A DNA stretch of 64,000 bases from a virus (taxonomy: Duplodnaviria; Caudoviricetes). The stretch is taken from IMG/VR virus record IMGVR_UViG_3300014205_000006, positions 37,278 through 101,277 of that record. One strand, given 5' to 3'. Positions 10,451 through 20,700 of the stretch are shown here, one piece after another. The stretch's first letter is position 1, and every line of letters begins with the position of its first letter. The notes below the pieces were generated by a model. The model made no database searches. It was not told the DNA's origin and worked only from the letters and a program-made list of their open reading frames with translations. The translations under genes and the position numbers were made by a program.

Positions 10451-10854
10451 CCCCTCCCAAGGAACTGACCGACCGACAGCGCAACATCCTCTCGCGCATG
10501 AAGGCCTCGGGCGGCAACCCGTTGTCCTACACAGCCGCCTCAATCGCGGCTGAGACCGGGATGAAGCGGGCGACCGTCACGAACGCGCTGGACTCGCTCT
10601 ACGCGGTTCACCGCCTTGTCGAGCGCATCGACACGAACAAGGGCATCATCTGGCGTCGCGTCTTCACCGAGGGCGAGGAGTCCCCGATGGAGGAGTTGGC
10701 GCCCAAGAAGCCGGTGGAGCCGCCCTGCCAGGTCTGCGGCGGCAAGCGCTCCCTCGACGTTCTGACGGCGAGCGGGACGAACACCGTCCCTTGCCCGAAG
10801 TGCAGATCAACCGAGTTCGACGGCGTGTACAACAAGTACCCCGCCGCCGAGTAG
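10447..10854 (+). CDS. winged-HTH DNA-binding protein with C-terminal Zn ribbon
   Basis: LTDRQRNIL...SIAAETGMKRATVTNAL; CQVC...CPKC. Confidence 0.65.
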   Translation: MTPPKELTDRQRNILSRMKASGGNPLSYTAASIAAETGMKRATVTNALDSLYAVHRLVERIDTNKGIIWRRVFTEGEESPMEELAPKKPVEPPCQVCGGKRSLDVLTASGTNTVPCPKCRSTEFDGVYNKYPAAE

Positions 10855-10883
10855 GCATTGCGCTCTTGGAGAAAGGGTGCCCG

Positions 10884-11201
10884 ATGTCGTGGCCGAAAGG
10901 TCGGAAGCATACACAGGAGGAGTTGGACCGCATCCGCGCGGCTCGCAAGGGCCCGGCGCTCCCGCCGAAGGATGCGGCCCCGATTCGTGACACGTCCGTG
11001 AACCGGACGAGTTCAATTCCGTGCATCGCTGGCACCGTGCACCACTGGAAGATCAACGACGCGCTCATGGGCCTGTGCAAGAACTGCGGAGCGGGGCACC
11101 AGTTCGTGCACGAGGTCGGTCAACAAGTCGAGTTGCACGCATCGCCGTGGGACGTTCAGGGGTGGGCGGCGAACCCGCAGAGAGTAGCCAACATTGACTG
11201 A
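10884..11201 (+). CDS. hypothetical Zn-binding protein
   Basis: KGRKHT start; C..HHW..CKNCG motif. Confidence 0.5.
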   Translation: MSWPKGRKHTQEELDRIRAARKGPALPPKDAAPIRDTSVNRTSSIPCIAGTVHHWKINDALMGLCKNCGAGHQFVHEVGQQVELHASPWDVQGWAANPQRVANID

Positions 11202-12159
11202 ATCAGGTACGCTCGGAGAGGCTCGCCGTTCCATCGGGGGCAGCGTGGACTGTGGGAGTCCCGGCCCCTCGCCTACTCACCCCAAGAGTCGGGCGGCGGC
11301 GAGCCACCCCTTCACCCTCCAGCGCTTCAACTGGAACAACGAGCCCGGCGAGTTCGCTGTGGGCGTCCCCATCTACTACGGGGACGAGCGGAAGCGCAAG
11401 AACAACCTCAAGCGCCTCGATGCCTCGCTCGCGCTGCTCGCCGCCGCGAACCCCGGAGCGACATTCCTCCTGCTCGATGACGGTTCTCCCGCGCCCGTGG
11501 ACGTGGACCATTTCTCGCCAATCCTAGGCAACGTCGCATGGGCCTACGCGCGGCAGGAGAACCGGGGAGCGGGCGGGGCATACCACGCGCTTCAGGTCGC
11601 CCTCTCGCCGTGCCGGTACGTCGCGAACCTCGACGCCGACGTGGAGTTGGACGACCCGCTCGCCCTCCAGCACGCCGCTGAGGGCTTCGACGCGAACCCG
11701 GACGCGGTGATCATCTCCTCGAACATCACCTACTTCGCGCGCATGTGGTTCGCGCAGAACCCGGACGGCGGGCGGTGGGTGTCGGGCGCGAACAGCGCGG
11801 ACTTCCGCCTGTACAAGTCCATCCTGCTCGGTGAAGTGGGGTACGTTGACCCTGAGATTCGTCGCCTCGAAGATGGCGAGTTCAGGCTGCGTATGGAGGC
11901 GCTTCACGGCCTGAAGGTGTACGTTGACCGGCTCATTACGGGCAAGGCGACGCCGGGGATGACCGACGCCGCGCGTGCCGAGGAGAACGTGCCGATGGTG
12001 CTGTCCCGCTCGCCGTGGGCGCAGGCAACTCGGCGGAGGGATGGGAGGTTCCTGTCGCTCAGGCTCCGTGCGAAGGCGCGAGAGCAGAACTGGCAGGACA
12101 GGTACGTCGGGCCCGCGCCCTACGCACTCGCGCTCCGCGACGCGCTGTGGGAGGCCTGA
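11194..12159 (+). CDS. glycosyltransferase family 2 (GT-A); start uncertain
   Basis: VGVPIY, LLDDGS, ENRGAG, NLDADV (DxD). Confidence 0.75.
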   Translation: MTESGTLGEARRSIGGSVDCGSPGPSPTHPKSRAAASHPFTLQRFNWNNEPGEFAVGVPIYYGDERKRKNNLKRLDASLALLAAANPGATFLLLDDGSPAPVDVDHFSPILGNVAWAYARQENRGAGGAYHALQVALSPCRYVANLDADVELDDPLALQHAAEGFDANPDAVIISSNITYFARMWFAQNPDGGRWVSGANSADFRLYKSILLGEVGYVDPEIRRLEDGEFRLRMEALHGLKVYVDRLITGKATPGMTDAARAEENVPMVLSRSPWAQATRRRDGRFLSLRLRAKAREQNWQDRYVGPAPYALALRDALWEA

Positions 12160-12361
12160 TGGCGCTCCCTCGGGCCCGCGTGTGGGGACAGGGTGAGTCC
12201 CGTCAGACGTCTGACGCGCCCGCCACTGTCCAATCGCCCCGCCGGGCGGCGTTCAACGCCTTCGTCAAACTGCTCTCGTCTCACACTGACGAGAACATCA
12301 TGTACACGAAACATCGCTGCGAGCAGTGTGACCTCGCGTTCAGTGCATGGCTGGAGTTGCT

Positions 12362-12856
12362 ATGACGTTGCGGATTTGCGAGTGGGAAGATTGGCTGGCG
12401 CACGGGAGCCCGGAGCACGATTATCACACGCTGTCGCTCCCGCTCGGGCACGCACTGCCCGGCATCTGGCGTTGCCCGCCCGGCTGCCCCGTCGCGATGT
12501 TCAACAAGGACTGGCACGACCACGCGCCCGAATCGCCGTGGCCGCACCTGAAGGTCGCGCCCGAGCCGACACTTGAAGAGGTCATCGCCGAGTACCTCGA
12601 ATGGGCCAACGAGACGTTCCCCACGGCGACGCCCACGAGTGCCGTGGTTCACCTCTCCCGCGAGGTCGCTGAACTCTTGGACGAACCGACCGATGGCGAG
12701 GAGCAGAGCGACGCGCTGATGCTGCTCCTCCACGCCGCGCACCTGTCGGGCAACGACATGAAGTACGAACTCCGCCGCAAGTTGGCGATCAACCGGGCCC
12801 GGACGTGGGGCAAGCCGGACGCTGACGGAGTCGTGGAGCACGTCCGCGATGAGTAG
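12362..12856 (+). CDS. DUF550-type dATP/dGTP pyrophosphohydrolase (MazG fold)
   Basis: WANETF...HLSREVAE...EEQSD...KLAINRARTWGKPD. Confidence 0.75.
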   Translation: MTLRICEWEDWLAHGSPEHDYHTLSLPLGHALPGIWRCPPGCPVAMFNKDWHDHAPESPWPHLKVAPEPTLEEVIAEYLEWANETFPTATPTSAVVHLSREVAELLDEPTDGEEQSDALMLLLHAAHLSGNDMKYELRRKLAINRARTWGKPDADGVVEHVRDE

Positions 12857-13346
12857 CAGCATCACCGACAAGCCGTGCATCGCCTGCGGCCTTCCGCGCA
12901 AGTGGTTCTCCTACAGCGAGGGCTACACGAGCGGGGCGTACTGGAATGAGCCCTGCCAGCACTGCCCGTCCGGGCACGGTCGGATGCCTTGGCCCGAATA
13001 CTTCAAGGGCATCGCCATCGCCGTGAGCGCTCGCGCGTCCTGCCCTCGCGACACGGTAGGCGCGGTCATCGTGGACGCCTACCACCGAGTGATCGCGACC
13101 GGCTACAACGGCGCAGCGCCCGGCGAGGATGAGTGCGTCGAGGTCGGCTGCCGCATCGAGGACGGGCACTGCCAGCGGGCGAATCACGCCGAGGTCAACG
13201 CCCTCGCCGATGCCGCCGCCCGAGGCGTGAGCGTTCGCGGGTGCACGATGTACCTGTACCGCGAGCGGTTCCCTGACCTCGGCGTCTGCCGTGAGTGCGA
13301 CAAGTTGGTCAGAGCAGTTGGGCTCTACAAGGTGGAGGTCGTGTGA
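12849..13346 (+). CDS. dCMP deaminase
   Basis: RASC..VGAVIV, TGYNG, HAEVNA, CREC. Confidence 0.88.
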   Translation: MSSSITDKPCIACGLPRKWFSYSEGYTSGAYWNEPCQHCPSGHGRMPWPEYFKGIAIAVSARASCPRDTVGAVIVDAYHRVIATGYNGAAPGEDECVEVGCRIEDGHCQRANHAEVNALADAAARGVSVRGCTMYLYRERFPDLGVCRECDKLVRAVGLYKVEVV

Positions 13347-13726
13347 TGCCGCGAGTCGTGGTCGATGTCGACCGTCACATCTGCCCGACGTGCGGACAGA
13401 TGCGGGGCGGAGCGCCCGAGGAGTTCACGAAGGGCGACTTCAAGGTCTATCTCCTGAAGGGCTACGCGACCGTGGACGGAAGCGTGATCCAGATCAGTCC
13501 GACCGAGTGGTTGGTGCTCTTGGCGCTTGCGAAGCAGCCGAACCGCCCGGTGGCGAGCCACAACATCGCTCGCGAGGTGTGGGGCTATGCCGACATGTCG
13601 GCCCGCTCGAACTTGCGCGTCCAAATCTCCCGTCTGCGCAAGAAGGGCGTGCCCATCACGACGCTCTACAACGCATACGGCCTGTTCGAGGACGATGTGC
13701 CGTCCCGCGACCGGCGGGTGCCGTGA
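13346..13726 (+). CDS. OmpR/PhoB-type winged-helix regulator (no receiver domain)
   Basis: ISPTEWLVL..L..VWGY....NLRVQISRLRKK...YG. Confidence 0.75.
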   Translation: MPRVVVDVDRHICPTCGQMRGGAPEEFTKGDFKVYLLKGYATVDGSVIQISPTEWLVLLALAKQPNRPVASHNIAREVWGYADMSARSNLRVQISRLRKKGVPITTLYNAYGLFEDDVPSRDRRVP

Positions 13727-14064
13727 TCAAGTGCATCATCTGCTCCGCCCGCGTCGAGACGGCTTGGCCTCACATGAAGGACGAGCACGACATCGACGCC
13801 CCGGCGGTGCCCGACACGACGTTGGTGCAGCATCGCGCCCCGGCCCGCGTGATCCGCGAGCCCGCGCCTCGCCCTACAGGGCGACCTCCGCTGCTGAGTC
13901 GCGTACGGCCCGATTTGGGGCTGAGCGCCGACGTGTTCGAGTGCTGCGGGGCCAAGACCATCGTGATCGACTCGCGCCCCGGCGAGGGTACGATCCGCCG
14001 CCGCCGGAAGTGCCCGACGTGTGGCGACCGCTTCACGACGCTGGAATTGAGGTTGACCGAATGA
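13723..14064 (+). CDS. NrdR-like Zn-ribbon protein with N-terminal C2H2 finger
   Basis: TIVIDSR...IRRRRKCPTCGDRFTTLE; no ATP cone. Confidence 0.7.
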   Translation: MIKCIICSARVETAWPHMKDEHDIDAPAVPDTTLVQHRAPARVIREPAPRPTGRPPLLSRVRPDLGLSADVFECCGAKTIVIDSRPGEGTIRRRRKCPTCGDRFTTLELRLTE

Positions 14065-14321
14065 CGCAGCAGGTTGATACGTTCCGGGCGGCGGTCGAGA
14101 CCATCGCCGCTCCGCTCGTCAAGGCGGTCGAGGACGAGATGCAGCGCATCTTCAATCCTCGGCGGTTCGGCTCTGACCATGACAGCGCTTGGTGCAACGA
14201 CTGCGCACGGCACGTCTACCGGCAGACGTTCAATCACGACAAGTGGGCGCACAGCGAGCGCTGCCGTTGGCCTGTCCTCGCTCGCGCGCTCGCGCTCTAC
14301 AAGGCGGGGCTTGAGGCGTAG

Positions 14322-14361
14322 GCCCGCTCAAAGCGTAGGGGTGAGCCCGCTCAAAGCGGGC
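14322..14361. repeat. direct repeat GCCCGCTCAAAGCG x2; the second copy forms a hairpin
   Basis: Copies at 14322-14335 and 14345-14358; GCCCGCT-CAA-AGCGGGC; intergenic. Confidence 0.7.
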
Positions 14362-14899
14362 CCGACCTCGTAGGGAATTGCGACATGGGCGATGCACGAG
14401 TCAACTAGCATCTCTGTGACGGTGACGGGGTTCGTGGCGTGGCCGCCGAACATGGCGAATCAGCTGATGACGCTACATCTCGACCCGCACTGCGGCCCGC
14501 TCACCCGAAGCGCGTGGCGCGAGCGGACAGGACGGCCCAAGGTGCATCTCCGCCTCGTCACGGTCGAGGCGACCGAACTGCGCGTGTGGAAGTCGATGTT
14601 CAGGCGCAAGCCGGGGAGACGCGACATCGCCGTGTACGGGACATCGCAGTACAAGCGCGGCGTCCTCGTCTGGTCGGGTGTCTGGAGATGGAAGTCGTGC
14701 ACGTCCTGCGCTGCTAGGCAACTGCTCGACGTGGTGAGGCCCGCAGCGTGAAGGGCGTGTCGATGCTCACGGCATCCTGCGACACCTGCCGGAAGCGGGC
14801 GCGGTTCGGCAAGCCGGGCGCGGCGTGGCGCTGGGTAGAGCGGCACAAGCGCGATACGGGGCACGCCCTCTGGCGTATCGAAGGGCAAGGAGTAACACG

Positions 14900-15331
14900 A
14901 TGAGAGTGCTTGACGCGGGACACCGATACGAGTTGCAGGGGAACAAGGGCGGCGGGCCTACCGTCCTCCAGTTCTTCAAGGATGCCCGGCTCCACGATGG
15001 CGACGGGGCGGAGGGGACGACCAACCAAGAGGTCGCCCGCGCCCTGATCGACCGTCTGCGCTACCTCGAAGCGGAAGCCCCTTGGGGCGGCGACTTCCAC
15101 ATGATCGACAACCTCCGTGACCTGATCGTGATGCACGAGGTCAGGGCGGCGATGAGGCGCGGGCTCTGTGGCGCGGCGGCGATGCGTGTCCTCGTCGCGC
15201 TGAACCGGGCCGAACTCCCGAGCGTGGGAATCGAGCGCATCCAACCCCGCTCGGCGGACGGTCACATCTACCCGCGCGACATCCACCGCGCAGCCGATTG
15301 CGACGGGAAATGCGAGCGCCTCGATGCCTGA
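14900..15331 (+). CDS. Tad1/Acb2-like anti-defence sponge candidate
   Basis: GHRYEL...LQFFK...GTTNQEV..LIDRL..L...P...E.RAA.R pattern parallels the Tad1 H-x-Y / F-Q-x-G / G..DLL..DRL / R..R layout. Confidence 0.45.
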   Translation: MRVLDAGHRYELQGNKGGGPTVLQFFKDARLHDGDGAEGTTNQEVARALIDRLRYLEAEAPWGGDFHMIDNLRDLIVMHEVRAAMRRGLCGAAAMRVLVALNRAELPSVGIERIQPRSADGHIYPRDIHRAADCDGKCERLDA

Positions 15332-15593
15332 ACAGTATCGTGTTTCAGATGGTGGCGTAGGTATCGTCCAAATCGCGGGTGAAAACGCCGGGAAAGCCTC
15401 GGCGGAGTTCAGGGCCGCGATGGGGTGGGGGCGGGAGCGACTCGCCCAAAAGGTCGGTGTCGGCTGGCAGACCATCTACAACTGGGAACGGCGCGGTCAG
15501 GTGCCGCACCCCAAGCACCTCGCCGCGCTGAAGGCCGTGATCCTGTACTACGCCCTGCGCGCTGAGAGAGGCATCCCTGACGACCCGGCGTGA
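15324..15593 (+). CDS. XRE-family HTH regulator
   Basis: RAAMGWGRERLAQKVGVGWQTIYNWERR..P. Confidence 0.8.
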   Translation: MPEQYRVSDGGVGIVQIAGENAGKASAEFRAAMGWGRERLAQKVGVGWQTIYNWERRGQVPHPKHLAALKAVILYYALRAERGIPDDPA

Positions 15594-16158
15594 GCCGGTC
15601 GGTCGGTCGATACGGTCGATGGAATACGCGCTGCCCTATGCTTGCTGGCTGGAGTACCTGATTTGGCCCCATGGCGCGCCATGAGGCGGAACACTAAATC
15701 AAATGTGCCTCTAGACCGCCAGAAATCTTACCCAGCAGGCAATGGACTTCCGGGCCTAATTCTGACATATGTCTTAAATGGCGCTGATAATCACGAACTC
15801 CTCGCCGCCATGACCCCGTTCCCCGTGTAGCAGATCGGCGAACCGAGCCCGTACGCAACTCACAGATCGGCGGAAGCACGCTTGTCAAATTTGCGCTTGT
15901 GAAGTGCGTCCGGCTGAAGAGAAGCGACGACAGATAGAACCGGAAGCCCGACACCCCGCCCCTTCCGTCTGACCGTTCCGCTCATTCAGAACACGATTTC
16001 ACCCGAGCCTGCCCCGTCGCCCATTGAAGACCTGCTTTTGACATGTGCGCCCCAGATGTGAGCTGGCAGCCCGTACGCGAGGCGGCCCCATGGGTGATGG
16101 CGCTACCCTCGGCGAGGCTCGCATCGTGACGAGCACGGAGCACGGCAGGAGCGGCACG

Positions 16159-16767
16159 ATGGGTAAGAAGCGGACGCGCGTGGCCAACGACCTCGCCCGC
16201 TATGACGACGTGAACATCGAGGTCTACCGCCTGAGGCTGCTCGGCCTCACCGACCCGGCCATCGCCAAGCGCCTCTCTCTATCTACGCGGCAGATTCCCG
16301 CCGCCGCCCGGCGCGGGGAGGCGCTCGTCCAGCACGTTCAGGAAGGCGATGTGCTTGATGCGAGGCGGAGAGCCATTGCCCGCCACGAATACCTGATGTC
16401 CCAGCACTTCGCTAATCACACCCTGCTCCGCGACCGGATAGGGGAGGGGGTAGGGGACGCCGAGCCCGACCCGGCGAAGCCGCCCCCGCTCCCGCTCCTC
16501 GCGCACGACCTCGTTGAGCTGGTGAATGCGGACACGAAGGTGCTACAGGCGATTGGCGCTGAAGGGGCTGCTATCGAGGGCCTCCAAGGAGCCGCCCCGA
16601 GTAGGGGAGAGCAGGGCACGCCCGCTATCACGAACAACATCCTCATCGCCCTGCCGAGCGGGGAGCAGGTGCCTATCGCCGCGCTCTCCGGGCCAGACCT
16701 CGACGCCGCCATCCTCGCTCTGGAGGCCGGGGAGGACGTGATCGAAGGCGAATTCACCCCGGAGTAG
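16159..16767 (+). CDS. probable terminase small subunit (HTH)
   Basis: LRLLGLTDPAIAKRL HTH, helical middle, C-terminal TNNILI...DVIEGEF; AGGAG RBS; flanked by non-coding DNA. Confidence 0.55.
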   Translation: MGKKRTRVANDLARYDDVNIEVYRLRLLGLTDPAIAKRLSLSTRQIPAAARRGEALVQHVQEGDVLDARRRAIARHEYLMSQHFANHTLLRDRIGEGVGDAEPDPAKPPPLPLLAHDLVELVNADTKVLQAIGAEGAAIEGLQGAAPSRGEQGTPAITNNILIALPSGEQVPIAALSGPDLDAAILALEAGEDVIEGEFTPE

Positions 16768-17266
16768 GGTGCCAGTGTCCAAAAAAGCCAGCAAAACACT
16801 GGCAATGACACGCTCGGGATAAGCGAAGCAATACAGCGTATATATGCTACCTCGCCCACACACGTGGTAATACGCTCGTACGAATACACATCTTGCTGGC
16901 TCTCCCACGCCAAGCCATGACCAAAGCCATCATCCGCGCCGTTTCGCACATCGCACATGCGAGGTAGCGCTGGCCCCGCGCAGTAGCGTGCCAAATTTCC
17001 GTCAAAATGAACATGGTCGCCGCGCCCTCGCCGGACGGAGCCGAGCCTTGGCGGTAGCGGGCCGGGCCTTCAGGATTTTGCCACGAGCCGGTCAGCGCCT
17101 TGCCAAAACCGCTTCAAATTTTGCCATACATCCGGGCGAATTTGGGGTGGATAGTAGTAGCGCGATTATCCGGATGGGAGTAGTATCGCGATTATCCCCG
17201 GCGAACCCCTCAGGCTCGAAACAGGAGCCCGTAGCAGGGCAAGCGGTGGGGAGCGGATGCCGGGCG

Positions 17267-17367
17267 GGGCTCGTGGAGCCCAATGGTAGTGGCGGCGCTT
17301 CCCTGCTTCTCCCTCGTGGAGGATTTCAGGGAGGCGAGGTGTGGCGGTTCGAGTCCGCCCGAGCCCT
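17267..17367 (+). ncRNA. tRNA-like RNA with oversized anticodon arm and no CCA
   Basis: Acceptor GGGCTCG/CGAGCCC, D-arm GCC-CAATGGTAGT-GGC, T-arm GGCGG-TTCGAGT-CCGCC, 41-nt arm at 17296-17336. Confidence 0.65.
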
Positions 17368-17702
17368 GCCCGGCACGGCGACTAGCACGGTCACGTCCGG
17401 GTCGCTCCCGGCGTCTCCCCGTCTTGTCGCCGTTCCGCCGAGGGACAGGACGGGACGCTGAAGCGGGCTGAGAAGATCAGCACTGGCCCGCTACTGCGAT
17501 CACCAGTCTCCCGTCCGGCCCTCGGCAGTAGACCGTCAGCCACCCGTTGAAATGGGTGATGCCTCGGTAGGCGGGTGGCGGCGCAGTCGGGGTCTTGGTC
17601 TGGGGCGCGAGGCTCGTGTTGCGTCGCCTCATCAGCGGTAGCGCACGACGCGCTCCGGGCCAAGGCCCCGGCGACCACGAGTGATTTGGGGAGGCACGCC
17701 CG

Positions 17703-20700
17703 ATGGAGCACCCGAGGTACGCGGACGGGACGCCGATGCTGATCGGCGACAAGGTGAGGCTCCACGCCTCTGTCTATCCCGCCTTGGAGCGTGAGGTGGA
17801 CGGCCACATCAAGGGCATCGAGTGGCACCGGGGCGAGGGCGAGCCGTGGCTCACGATGAGCGAGCACCCGGCGCTCGTCATCCGCACCGGCGACGTGGTC
17901 GGGAGGGCGGAGTGATGCGGCCCTTCACTCTCAAGGAGAGGTTCATCATCATCCTCACGCACGGAGTCCGCTCATGACAGCCCCCCGCCCTCGCCGAGAT
18001 GCCCATCCGCTGCCCGGCGCACCCTGACTACACGGCGGCGGTGTCGTACTACGCCAACGGGCGTGACGGGCGATACCCGGTTCACGCGACGCCGGACGGC
18101 GAGTGCGACGGCTGCCAATTCATCTTCGCCTTGCGCCACGCGCTCGGCGATGGCACGGTGGAGGTGCGCTCATGACCGCGCAGGGGCCCGCCACGCCGGA
18201 GCAGTACGGGATGATCTGCCACTACGAGACGGTGTGTCTCCAGCCGCGCGGCTATCACCGCAGCGACGGCGGCGTGCTCGTCAACCACCCCTTCATGACG
18301 CGGGAGGACGTGGCCGCGCTCGCCGCGCCGCTGATGCACTTCTCCAATGGGGCTGTGTACGTCGGCGGCGTCCGCACGCTCGCCTACTCACAGTGCGGCG
18401 AGGAGTTCCCCGGCGACGGCCCGGCGACGGACGATGTTGACGCGGTCACGTGTCTGAAGTGCCTCCGCGAGGGGTTGAAGGCGTGGATGGACGTCAATGA
18501 CTGAAGCGCTCCACCGCGAGGGCCATTGGGCGGCGGGCGTCCTCGCCGAGATTGGCGCGCCATGCGGTTGCGGCGAGCCCGCCGACGTGCTGGGCATGCT
18601 CCGCGACCTGCTCGCCGACATGCCGCTCTATGAGAGTGCCGAACGCCGGGAGCGCTACCAGACCCCGCAGTATGCGTTCATCCTCGCCGTCCTCACGGAG
18701 GCCGGGCTGCTCGCTCATGGCGGAATCCTCACCGGCTCGTGGATCGAGCCGAAGGGCGCGCGACTGCTCGCCTACCTCAAGGCGGCAGACCTCGCCGCCC
18801 TCGCCGCTGACCCGGTGGGCTTGCACTTTGAATGCTCGGAGTACCCTGAATGATCGACGTGTCTTGGCTGAGTGTCCTCGCCGGGTTCATCATCGGCACG
18901 CTGTCCACGGTCGCCGAGCGTCATTGGCACCGCTACCGCTCCACGCGCAACATCGATGGCTGCACCGTCTGGCTGGACGTCCCGCTCGGCGACTACGACC
19001 ACGACACGCGCGGGCCCAACACGTTCGGCGACCTCTACCGCATCCGCTACCCGGACGAGAAGCAGCCGCTGCGCGGCAGGGGCCTGCCCATCTTCGTCCC
19101 GCCCGCCGTGAAGCGCTACATCCAAGAGGAGCGCGGGCGATGATGTCGCCGTGGATCAAGCGGGAGTTTGATGATGCGAGGACGCACTTGATCGACAAGC
19201 GTGACGACCTCTGCGCCACTTGTCAAAGGACGCGCCACGCGATTCCTCACGAGTGCGATGCACCGCCCGGTACGCCGGGGCACAGAACGTGCCATCCATT
19301 CGTTGAGCCGGAGCGACTCATCGACGCTGAGCACATCGAGGTGGGACAGTCCGTGGTCGTGACCGGCACCTCGGCGTACGGCCAGACGACACGCTCGCTG
19401 TCCGCAAAGCCGTGCGCCAGACCCGACTGCGCCCAGCCCGAGGGGAGCGTCATCCACAGCGTGAACGGCCCCGCCTCTGTCGTCGCGCTGGACGGCGGCG
19501 TCCTGCCGCGCCACGTGTACCAGCCGGGGACGCTGCCGAACCTATGGGCCATCTACACGAACCTGTGCAACCTCTCTGGCGGGCCCGCGTCCGGGTCGAT
19601 GTACGATGACTGGGCGCGCCGCCGCCGGGCGCAGGCTGACATCGTCCGGCAGGAGATTGACCGGCTCACGCGCGAGGAGGCCGCTGCCGACCGGCTGGAG
19701 ATGGGCAAGACGCTCGCGGCGGTCTACACGCGGTTGCGCGAGCACAGCCCTGATGGCCCTCCGTGCGGTGCCGACCGTATCATCGAGGACGTGCTGGACA
19801 TGCTGACAGGAGACAAGCGGTGACGCGCGAGGATTTCATCGCCCGCTTCGGCCCTGCCGACCCGCTTGCCCGCCACGCGTTCGAGGATGCGCTGAAAGAG
19901 TTGTTCGAAGAGGTTGACAACCGCATCGACAACATGCAGATCAACGCCGAGGATGTGGCCAAGCGGCTGCGCGACCTCGCTGAGAGTTTGGACGAGGGAC
20001 ACGTATGACCCTGTGCACTTGCGGGCACGCCGAGTTCGCGCCGAACGGCGACGCCATCCACGTCTGCGAGTGCGAGGGCCCGCACTCTGAGGAGACTTCC
20101 GGCGATGACTACTGCGTTGAATGCCGCGAGACGATGGCGCGCTCGAACGCCGACGCCTACCACGTGTTCAAGCCCACGATGACCATCATCGATGACGCAA
20201 CGCCTCCGATCATCGAGGCCCCTTGGACGCCGGAACAGGTCGAGGCGCTCAATGCCTATCAGACGTCGGGCGCGTGGCACCCGTTCACCTGCGCGAACCG
20301 CGACCCCGCGACGCACGAGGCGCACGGACGCGGCGACTATGGCGTGCTGATCGCGACGCCCGCCGGTTGGGTTTGCGAGGACTGCAACTACACGCAGAAC
20401 TGGGCGCACCGCTTCATGGCCGAGACGGATGACGGCTTCGCCGCGACTGCCGCCCTCCTGCTCAGCGTCGCTCCGCCCGGCTACGGCTTCCGGTGTATGA
20501 CGTGCAACGCGACCTTCTCCAGCGGCTTCGGCGCGTACACCCACCAGATGATCTCTGACCATGCGCCGGTCGCCGCGATGGAGCGCCTCAAGGAGCCGTG
20601 GCACCGCCGCCCGCAAGTCCGGGTGTTCGCCTCGACTTGCCTGTCGTTGCTCGGCATCGCTGTCGCCGTCGCCCTCGGGTGGCTGCGATGAGCATCTTCA

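Noticed and set aside
12362-12856. DUF550 as proof of a 2-aminoadenine or 7-deazaguanine genome
   Set aside because: No purZ, dpdA or que genes in the window; DUF550 alone is insufficient.
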